Part shown: positions 14,247-25,294 of the stretch, piece after piece
Layout of the letters: every line of letters begins with the position of its first letter
Numbering within the stretch: the stretch's first letter is position 1
Assembly: GCA_904063045.1 (NCBI GenBank)
Contig: CAJFCJ010000004.1
Location: 370,195 to 434,194, forward strand
DNA: 64,000 nt
Reading direction: 5' to 3'
Source: Dimorphilus gyrociliatus
Taxonomy: Eukaryota; Animalia; Annelida
Notes under the pieces: model-generated
What the model was told of the DNA's origin: nothing
Database searches by the model: none
What the model saw: only the letters and a program-made list of their open reading frames with translations
Program-made: the position numbers and the translations under genes

Positions 14247-17200
14247 TTACTTGTCAGCAACTTGAACAACAATTATTATTGTCGCCGTAAGAGAAGCTAA
14301 AACAATCAGCACTTGAGCACAGCTCTTCACAAATTTGACCTGAAATATAAATTATTGATTTAAATGTGCATAAATATGATTTGTAGCTTCTTACCGCAAA
14401 ATGGCTTTTTTTCTCTTCATTGTTAGACTGACCAGCAGGTTGTAATGCATATGTATTGGATTTTTTTATCTCTGCATCACTGACGCAAAGTGGAACAAAG
14501 TCAAGTATTAAACCGACAAAAATTATGAAAAAGAAAAATCCGACGGCGACCCAAGAAACCCATGATTCAAGAGCAACTCTGTCCAGTCGAAGTCCAATAA
14601 CAATATTGATAATTCCAAGAATCAGTGCTGACAGACCAACTATTCTGTGGCACCAATTGAAAATGGGACGCTTTGAGTGAGTTGGTGCAGGGCGAAAAAT
14701 TGCCATTATAGGCTAAAAATCAGTTAAAATAGTAGTATACTGACAAAAAAAGAATGCTTGTGATAAGACTTACGTTGATAAGGACTAAAATTAAAACAAC
14801 AATTCCTATAAAAGGATGAGCATCATGTAGCTTTTTGTCATTCTGTATAGAGAAAAAGGAACATTTGAAAAAATTTAAATTTTTTTAAATATAGAAAAAT
14901 GTATAGTTTTGCATGATTTATTATAAGTTTTAACCATATGCCAGCCGACATTGTTAAAATCAATTGTTCTTCGTTCAAGAAATAGTACAGAATGGAAAAT
15001 TACTGCCAAGTTCGGCTCGTATAACAATCGATAAATCAATGACATTATCATGCCGGTGAAGCATGATTCTACGATGAAAATATTCCCAATGATAAATAAA
15101 TTTTAATTAATAATAAATTTTTTGTAAATAATTAAAAAAAACGTGTTAAGGAGTTGAAAGCCCCATTTCTCGGCAAGTCACGTTTCACTTTGAAAATAGG
15201 TCAGAAAAAATAGCAGTGACCTACTGCTAGACAGCTAAAACACGCAAGGTCGTTGTGTTAAAATACTAGCACGCTATATAAAGAAAATTATTGCTTAATA
15301 ACGGTTACAATTCATATCCAACTAGGATCCTCTAGGTGTCTACTTGACGACTTTCATTTGGCCGTGGAGCCGAGCAGTTGAAGGTTTGTTCTTTTTAAAA
15401 TACTTAAACTTTGCACTTGAACCTCAGAATAAAGGAAAAACTGGGGCATATGCTGATAATATAGAGATAATAATCAAGGCAATATTAAAATAATAGAAAT
15501 AAATAAGACTCTCTATGTATATGACACGTATATGGGGGAACATGTAGAGCAATTAGACTGGATATATTGAAGATGTCTTAGCCGTCTAGTCCTACGTTTC
15601 TTTTATATTACTTGTCTCTTTCTTACAGACGCGTTAAAAAGAAACGTATTAGAGATAAATTTAAACAAAGAAAACTTGAACCCAATTTGAAAAAAACAGT
15701 GGTGAGAATAAAATGGCGGAGAATCAGAATTTTTTAAACAAAGCCTTCCATCTTCTGGAAAAGTCTATGGCAGCAAAGAATTATGATCGGGAAAAGTTAG
15801 TTAATAATATAAATTATAATTTTTTTATTATCTTTTAATATGCTAAATAAATAAAATACTTGACTTGTTTACTTCTTTTAGTGCGCTTGTCGTTGACTAT
15901 CGCGATCCAAAGGATATGGCTAAAGAAATCGACTTCGACCTCGAAGGAAATGGCCGAAAATATGGGGATGATGAACTTCTTCAAGATTTTGAAAAGACTA
16001 TTAAACTATCAGTGAATAGTGGTCATCCACATTTCTTTAATCAAATGTTCACAGGACATGATCCTTACGCCGTTGCCGCTGGATGTTTACTTGAATGTCG
16101 TAATACTAGCCTATATACCTACGAAATGGCACCTGTGTTCACGTTGGCGGAAAAATCAGTGATAAATTATCTTGCTAGTCTTACCGGATTCGGAGAAAGT
16201 TATAATGGTATTTTTGTACCGGGAGGTTCAATGGGAAATTTTTTTGGCTTGAATTTGGCACGAAATCTTCGTTTCCCTTCAGTTAAAGAAAAGGGCATGA
16301 CTGAAGTAAAGAAGATGGCGATTTTTGCTTCTGAACAATGTCACTACTCAATCGGGAAGGGAGCCGCTTTTCTAGGTTATGGAATTGATGCTGTAAAAAG
16401 AATTCGTTGCGAAGAAAGTGGTCGAATGTCCGTTGAAGCTCTAAGAGAGAAGGTAAAGGAAACCATCGAGGAGGGTATAGTTCCATTGATGGTTGTTGCT
16501 GTTAGTGGTACCACAGTCATGGGAGCTTTCGATGACTTGGAGGGAATCGCTAAAGTCTGCAAAGAATTTAGCATGTACATGCACGTTGACGGATGCTGGG
16601 GAGGTCCAGCTTTATTAAGTGAGAAGAGAAGGCATTTGCTTAAGGGTATTGAGCATGCTGACAGTTTTGTTTGGGATGCCCATAAAATGTTTGGTGCAAC
16701 ACAGCAATGCGCAGTATTTGTTACCAAACATAAAGATCTCCTGAAACAAGCTCATGGTCAGGCTGCTTCCTACTTATTCCAACCCGATCGCTACTATGAT
16801 GTTGCTTATGACAGTGGCGATATGTCAATCCAATGCGGTCGTAAGGCTGATGCATTTAAAGCCTGGTTTATCCTTAAAGCAAGGGGCAAGAAACAAGTTG
16901 ATTTGATGATTGATCATGCATTTGGTATAGCAGAATATTTTGCTGATTTGATCAGAGATACTGAAGGATTTAAGCTAGTTCACGAGGTTAGTCCTCCTCT
17001 ATATTCTGTTCTATTATATTAATATAAAGCAAAAATTTTCCAGCCTCAATGTACCAATGTTTGTTTCTGGTATATTCCTCCATGTCTTCGGGGAAATGGC
17101 GAAAGAGATGATAAATGGTGGCAAAGACTAGGCAAAGTCGCCCCAAAAATCAAAGAGAAAATGATGCGAAAAGGGAGTATGATGATTGGTTATCAGCCAT

Positions 17201-20200
17201 TGGGTCACAGAGTTAATTTCTTTCGCATTGTTATACCGCACTTAAACTCCACAAAGGAAGATATGGAATTTGTTCGCGATGAAATTAATCGCTTGGGAAA
17301 AGACATTATTGTCTAGTCGAACACAACAGTCAACAACATCAACAAAAAACAAAAAATGTTTTTCAAATATAAAATCAATTCAGCGTCTCGATTTTTCCGA
17401 GATGCTCTACAATTTAATTCCAGTTAATAAATTACAAGATATCTTAAGATTTCTAATATAAGGAAACTTAAGATTTGCTCCTTTTATCCCAAACGAAAGC
17501 GACGTTCCTAGTTTACAATTAAACTCTCCTTGTTCCTTTTTGATAAAGAAACAAATATATAAAAGTTATGAGGGAAAACGAAGATAAAACTCTTGGGAAG
17601 AGTAATAATTCAAAGGGTATCGAAACGCAAAGAAGGTAATAACGACCATTTACGAATGCTTTCAAACAAAAAAAAATGATTCACTGGTATAAAAAAATTT
17701 ACTCACACGAACGATTTTTCCATCCAGGTCATATACAATGATTACGAACGCTGCAATTGTTGCAATTGTGGCCATTAACATGCTAATCCTGTGCAACTAT
17801 TTTGGAAGAGAAATTAAATGAAACAGGTAAAAAACCTTGGATTTTCTTTTTCTTTTTTTTAAAACTTACGACAAACCAGGCATCTAATTCACAGATCTTG
17901 TTAGCGTATAGAGTTTTAAAATATCTTGCATTAAATATTCCAAAAACTGCAAATATCAGCCAAGCAGCAGTCATTAAAGCGCCGTGAGCTATCACGAGTT
18001 TTTGAGTTTCTGTGTCCCCTCCAATATTTACTAACTTTCCCATTTTAATTTGTACAATCGATGCGATTTTATTCGAGCCGTGATAAGCTATGTCTTTTGA
18101 ATTCCTTGCCGTTCTAGAAGGGCCAGCAGCAAGAAGAGGTGTATATTCAAGTCCATCCTCCAAACTATAAATATTTTTGGAATTACTGTTTATAGTTTTC
18201 CTAAATTTACAATAAATTCCATTTTCAAATTTTGTATTCAAAACTGTTATTCCATCATTTCCAAGACGTTTAGGACTTTTATCTTCAGTGTAGTAAATAA
18301 CTACTTGTTGATCTGACAATATATCATTACAAACGAGAACACTATCATCACCCATCTTTTTATCGAAAGATAAACCTAAGGCGACATATTGAAATTCACT
18401 TGCTCCAGAAATCTCAAATTCGTAAGAGTCATCAACTTTCTTCCAAGTTGCGGAAAACTTACATGCTGATTCTGGATTACAATTAGCTGGTGATCTAAAA
18501 CAACTCTTTTTAATTCCGCAGTCGTCGAAGTCTATATTCGATGGTTTGTTAGGTGCTTTTGTCGTTTTAGGTGGTGTCGGTGGGATAGATACACTTTCGA
18601 GTAAAGTAAACTTTTCAGCTGTGCTTCTTTTATCTGGACCGTGATACTGAGGTACATTATCTTTGATTTTACCAACAGCAAGGAATAGATGATATTTCTT
18701 ATCTTTGGATATATCATAAATTTCATTATTATCCACTATCTTCTTCCTTTTGAAAACGCACTGAACACCATTTTCTGACGAGGACTGTCCCATTGTGATT
18801 CCCTGTTCGCCTATTTTATCTGGTAGACCAGCTCCTCTGGAATAGTAATTTACAGCTTTCGGAATTGGATCTAACGTTGAGCAAATTATGATTGAATCAT
18901 CGCCCATATTTCTGTCATGTGATAATCCAAAACCAACGTAGTCAAATCCTTTTGCTGCTTTCATTGATATTTCCATGCTGTCATCCGCTTCTCTCCAAGT
19001 TACCATTCCCTGGCACTCTGACTTTTCACAACCCCCTGGAAGCTTCAACTGGCCCTGACCGGTACTAGGTGGTTCCGTAGGAGCAGGAGGATAAACTACA
19101 GGATAGTCATAAGTTAATAATAGTTTAGGATAAAGAAAAGTTAAAACTTGCCTATATCCAATTTAATGTCCTCATTGTCACTAATGCTCACTGGAGATTT
19201 CGTAATAACTTTGGTAAAACCATGATAATATAATCCTTCATAACGTGTCCAATTAACGCTATAGTCGCTAATAGACATCATCAAGTAATATGAGTTGCCA
19301 GCACTTATATCGAAAAATTTATCTTCCTCTCCAGCCACAGACTTCTTTCTTCTTATTTTGCATTTTAATCTCTGTAAAGCATTGAACGATGCTCCATCAA
19401 GGATAACAGAATCAGGAATAGGTTTTCTTTCAATAATCTTACTGAAAAGGATATTTTGTGGATTCTTTGGGCTATAATAGTTATCAGCGTTAAATTCCTC
19501 AAAGTTGTTTTTTATGAAACAACCGAATATACTGTCATCAGACATTAGATTGTCTTTAGAAAAGCCGATACCAACTGATCTAAAACTGCCATTAACAGAT
19601 ACATCGAATTCAATATAATCGCCGGCATCTTTCCAGAATACAACGCCTTGACAGCTACTTTCAGAGTTACACGAAGAGGGAAATCGTAAACAGCCTCTTT
19701 CTTTGCCACATTTAGTAAAATCAAATTGATCTGTCGAACTTCCTGTATTCACAGGTGGAGGTGGTTTCTGATCATCAGCCACTCCAGGTCCAGTTAAAGT
19801 TAAAGCAGGTACCCTGAGCCAAAAGGTATTGAAGCTCTGAAGAATTGTAGCCCTTAAAAATTAAGCACGACTCAAATTAAAATAGAATATAAGGTGAATA
19901 ATATAATTAGGTGACACATAATACAATAATAGTTATAACTAGTTTCAAGAGTTTCTGTTGAAATGAACAAAAGTTCTCATTTTTCATAGAAAATAGAAGA
20001 AAGAGAATAAAATAGGAAAACAGTTGACAGAAAGGATTACTCGCCTAGAACCTAGTAACAGATTTTTTAACTATTTAATATCTTGTATGCTCCTTTTTTA
20101 TACAGTTATAAGGCTTCTTTTTTAAATAATCGTCCAATTTACTTGATTTTTAATTAAATCTCTTACTTGAATATAATATCTCCTACTGGAGTTGCAGGTG

Positions 20201-20731
20201 GTATCCAATTCAAATCAACCGAATCTTTAATTTTTCCGTTACTTTGACCTGTAGCTGTCTATAAGCGAAGAGACAAGCATAAAAATATAAAAACTACCAA
20301 TATATACAGAGAAAACACCAATCAACAATTGGAATACGAACGTAATAATCGCACATAGGTCTATTCTCTGCCCCAGCAAGAAATTTACCAACTGGTTGCC
20401 CCTTGCTATCATACGCGGAAACCATAAATCCCTTAAAACCAACTGTTGTCGATTGTTTCTTTTGTATTGTTGCTATAGAAAATATAATACATTTTTAAAA
20501 TTTTAATAGAGTCTTTTAGTAGTTACCAGTTATATTTGGAGTATTAGCTGTATATGAATAAGACGACAATATAATCTCATATGGGGAAACCGAATTTTGT
20601 CCCTCTCCGTGCGTAAAAACATTAGGCACAAGTCCGTGGCAAGCATGCCAACCAGGTCCCTCTGGGAAAGTTAAAACTTGTTTAAAACTTAAAAACACAA
20701 GTCCAAGCGTTAACAAGACGAAAAAATCCAT
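14247..20731 (-). CDS. Ferric-chelate reductase (FRRS1-like) A: signal-reeler-DOMON x3-cytochrome b561
   Basis: Signal peptide and reeler exons at 20731-19790. Three DOMONs, each with M(S/G)DD and YHG. b561 histidines lie in AHG (about 17990), LHR (exon about 17707-17799), AHP (exon about 14773-14842) and CHR (about 14650). Last exon VKFVKS...VADK, stop 14247-14249. Confidence 0.88.
15275..15282 (+). promoter_or_regulatory. TATA box of the nested decarboxylase gene
   Basis: TATATAAA lies about 30 nt upstream of a GC-richer putative 5' UTR exon that ends in a donor (GAAG|GTTTGT, about 15384), upstream of ATG 15713. Confidence 0.55.
15713..17316 (+). CDS. PLP-dependent acidic amino acid decarboxylase (CSAD/GADL1/ADC-type), nested in an FRRS1-like intron
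   Basis: Exons 15713-15795, 15882-about 16986 and 17044-17316 are phase-consistent. Motifs HPHFFNQMF, YTYEMAPVF, PGGS, HVDGCWGG, PLP-lysine WDAHK, QCGRKAD, NVCFWYIPP and NFFRIV. The F-x19-S-x-Y signature indicates CSAD type rather than GAD. Confidence 0.92.
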
Positions 20732-21148
20732 TTTTCTGTCAAGCTTTAGAATGGGCGAGGGCCACTATTGCGTCTATGGGTTATATTCAGATCACTCTCT
20801 ATGTTAACAAGTATAATCGTGACATGGCAAAAAAATGCCCAATATTGTATTATCCCACTTTCCTCAAGACATATAAAATCCATTCATGCTCAGTAACACG
20901 TGACACCTTTTACTTTGTAAGAATATAAGTAATGACATTTAACTACAATGCCTTTTGGCATTTCAAGCAAAGACAAAAACATTAACACTCTACTCATGAA
21001 AAATTAAATAATTACAAAATACAGATATTTATATATAAAACTCTTAGGTAAGTTAAATGTAAATGAGTACACAAAAGGTATTTAGTATTGTTCATGTTTG
21101 GAAAAGAAATATTGAAAAGCTTCTAAATGTTGTTTTTCATGTAGCGTT

Positions 21149-24100
21149 TTAATCTGTTCCAACTGCAACCAAAACTCGAATTGTCAGACCAATACCGGAT
21201 ACAATAATTGCTCCGTAGATTCCTTGTCTTGTTCTATACCTCTGTGAAAAAGAATATTAATAGCAGATTTTCCACTTTATAGTTCTATACATTATAAGCA
21301 AATCGATACGCCATCTAGTGTATAATATAAGAAAATTGTCAAGTTACTATTTAAAAATAAACGTGAGTTCAAGGTCAATTGACTTTAAAAAAGGCCTTTA
21401 CTTATTTTTGTAAAAACCATTAAGACTGGAATTGAACTAGATATCGAATTTTCATCGTAATTAAAGAAAAATACTAACAATTTTTCAATTAATAAACAAT
21501 AATTATGTTTAATTAATATTAATTAACGAAATTGAACTTTTTATGTTAAGCAATATATTAGTATATTTCATCCATGTAGGCCCATATGACATCTATGTAG
21601 TGTTTAAGTTTATATACATATATTTATATATCTAGTCGTGCTCTTTTCGGATAGAAATCTTTCTTCCTAAATCATAGAGATGCTATTTTGCTCTTAACCC
21701 AAAGACTTATATTAGCCTAGCTTAAGCTACATTAAGAATAATCTTCTCTTACTTATTATTAATAATATTATATTAATAAGTTGTATATATATAGGGAAAA
21801 TAATTTCTCTCTCTACGATGTATACGTGTATATAAAGTGTATAACAAACCTTTTCGTCACGTCCTTCTCTAGTGCTTTCATCAGGTTCACCGTCTTTACG
21901 TTCGGGTTTGTCTGCTCTGTCTGGTTTTGTAACAACTGAATCCATACCATGATCTCCATCTTCTGTGTTTTCAATTTCTTTTTTAATATTTTTAAGAAGG
22001 GAAGCAGATATATGCAAATTTAATAATTTGAAGCGGATAGTAAAAAAGCACACAAATTCTAATGTTTAAAAACGACAAGTATAAATTAATAACAAGATAT
22101 TATCTTATTTTGAATTCCGCTTAAAAACAAATAAAGGGATGCAATAAACAGAAATAGAAAAACTAGAATCTAACTATGATACATACTATTATCTTTATCA
22201 TTGTCCTCTCCACATTTAACCAAATCCAATATAATACCGTAAATCGTATTGACAATCAACATAACAAGAACCCACCATTTTACTGTTGAACTACCGGAAT
22301 TAGCCTTTGGAAGGTCTAATCCAATCATTACTTGGACCACTATAGAAATTGTATAAGTATATTAATAGTTGAATAAAATTAAAAGACCACAAAATAACTT
22401 CTTACAAGAGAGAATTGCGGCAAGAATACCAAACAGTCTGTGAATCCATAGAATGAATACACGTCTCGAATCATCCTTATCCATATTGCTTAAGAAAAGA
22501 CCACCAACAGGCTACAAAAATCAAGATTATGTACTCAATTAATTAATACAATACTTTAATCATCAATAACTTACATTTACTAAGCATACAACAAATATAA
22601 ATACTCCTAAAGGAGGATGGGCGGCATGAGGATACGAATCCAACTGTATATATAATTAATTATATGTATTAATCAATTGATGATATAACAATTAATTAGT
22701 AAAAATAGATATAAATTTTTAAATTTTATTACTAACGCTTTTGTAACCTCCATTTTCAATGTATATCAAAGCGAAGGCAATTACTGTAAGTACAACGGTT
22801 GTTGCCATACACGCCCAATGTATCTGTTGTTCGAAAAGTAAAAATTTTTTCCATGAAATTGAGTAAAAATTAATAATGAACCATTACTCACGAAGGACCA
22901 CGCTTCGTCTGGATTCTTTTCCTCTTTAAAAAAAGTTTTAAGATATCTTGCCGTAAAGATTCCAACTGGGGCGAAAAACATCCAAGCAATAGCCATTAAA
23001 CATCCATGCGCCTTAATATAACCGCTTGTTTTTACTTTTCCATCGGTTATTGGTACAACTTTCATAAAATCTATTTTACGATTTTTAATAATATAACGCT
23101 TATCTTTATCGTGTTGTTTTATTTCGTTATTGTCGATTTTTCCTCTGGCAAAGAGCGCATAATATTTTTTTTCATCAATGTCATATATCTCAGTAAAATT
23201 TGTATTAATCCTTCTACCAAATTTACAAGTAACAGAACCATCAACCACCCAAGTCTTTGCGTTTCTAATATTGTATTTTAATATATCTGGAGTTCCAATA
23301 TTTTTCGGTGCTTTTCCATGGTCGGCTGTATACAACATTTGAATTCTTTTATCATCAGCTCCTGTTCTCAAGCAAGCCAAGACAGAATCTTTCCCCTAAG
23401 AATAACAAAAAACAAGAATGAAAAATGAATCAGACAGTCTATATTTATTAACCATAAAAAAACAAGGTACAGAATTGTTTATACAAGAATCGATTATTCG
23501 AGAGTTCCAGAATAGAAATACCTTTTTATCGTGATACCATAAATAAGCTATGTATAATTAAACAATTAGTTTATTATACTTCATTTCCTATTAAATTATT
23601 AAATGAAAAACTTCAGACTACCCTTTACATTAAAATAGTCATAAGTCATACTTTTTTTACGTATAATTAATCGTATAAAAACCAAATGCTGAATGCTATT
23701 ATAAGAAATAAAGTTAACCTTGACTCTTTATTGAGCCTTTCTTAAAATAGCTATTTTCTGGTGGCAGTTACCACGGGTGAAAAAAAGTTCTTCGACTATA
23801 TTTTTAAATTTTTACAGTATATGCATTTATATATATAGATACTATATACAGTATATACATATATAAATAGAAGGTAATAAGTAATGTAAATATATACCAT
23901 TTTTTTGTCATTTGACAATCCAATAGCTATATAGTGCTCTTCGTTTTCGTACATTTCAAATTCAATGAAACCGTTATCGTCATCCTTCCAAGTAACAATT
24001 GTCGAGCAGTTCTTATCGCATCCGTACGGAAGTCTATAACAACTCTTATATCTTCCACAATTGTCCAGATCAATTGTAATATTGTTCCTATCCGCCTGTA

Positions 24101-24224
24101 ATTTATTTGCATGTTTTAAAATCAATAATTCTATTGTTAATGTAATTTAGCCATAAATCATTTCAGTATAGCTACTTACCAAAATTAAGGTGAATAAGCT
24201 ACATATCACCCAAACTATCTTCAT
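21149..24224 (-). CDS. FRRS1-like B: signal-DOMON-cytochrome b561, no reeler
   Basis: ATG 24224 (MKIVWVICSLFTLIL). DOMON with CGRYKSC, DKKM|GKDSV and QH. b561 histidines in AHG, IHW, AHP and IHR. Last exon RYRTRQ...VGTD, stop 21149-21151. Confidence 0.82.
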
Positions 24225-25294
24225 AACGTTCACACAAATATCTGTAATAGAAGTTAATAAATAAACAATATTGCAAGAACTTCTATACTGCAGTAAACAG
24301 GTTTTGTTCGATTGCCCCTTGTCAGGTAGTTAGATACGCCATACCTGCTTTTTGTCTGACTTAAAAACAAGCAGAGCAGTTAAATACAACTTTTAAGCAA
24401 ATATAAAGCAGATTATATGTAACATTTTATGTTTAAACTATATATAAAGTTTTTGATAAGTTATTTTCATATAGGCTTACCGGTAGGTGTTCAAGAAAAA
24501 AACAGTAAGAGGCCACCTTTATGTGCTTATGTGTTTACAATCGTTTGGTCACGTGATGCACTCATTTGAATAAACATTATAGAAAAGTGTTCCGTTTACA
24601 AGGACACTGCTAATACTCATAGGCCTCACTTACGATAGTCTGGGTAAATTACAGATAAATGAATTGGTAAACAGGTGTTGCAAACATTTTAAATGAATTA
24701 TATCTATATTATATCGGGGTTAGAGATATGAATCAGTAACTAATTCACTTATATATCTATATATACAGATAAACGTGTATGTACATAGAGAGATACAGAT
24801 AAAATTCTTTTAAAAATCAGGCCTACATATTTTCGACATACCCAGCCGGTTCCAGACAGTTTATTGTTCGCGTTTTATTACCATAAAAAAAATTGCAATC
24901 AATACGAGAAAAACTGTCTAGCAATAGTCAACAAAATATATTATACAAGTTTAAAGAGTTGAAATTCTAAGAAACATTAATTGTATTAAGGTCAATACCA
25001 AATACGACCATTATAAATTGTTTTAAGGAAATCATAGATGGATCGAGCAGGAAATTTTGAATATATTTATATCAGGTGTCCATCAACTAGATCTATTTCT
25101 AAGATTTGCAGTAAGATAACATTACTACATTGTTTGATAAACAGAATATGAGTTATATATATAAGCCAATAAATATAAATATAGATACTCACTATTAGTC
25201 TGAATGCTTACTTCTCAATAATATTTTTCAGTTTAGACAATCAGCAACCAGATGTCGCTGAAAACATAAAAGTCTCGATGAATGTTGGCGGTCT

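Noticed and set aside
15047-15067. Perfect 7-bp hairpin ATCATGC-CGGTGAA-GCATGAT in the host intron
   Set aside because: It is too short to distinguish from chance, and no complete snoRNA box set was identified.
16283-16727. Antisense ORFs (67 and 116 aa) in the decarboxylase
   Set aside because: They are shadow ORFs of a conserved exon and do not fit the host FRRS1-like reading frame.
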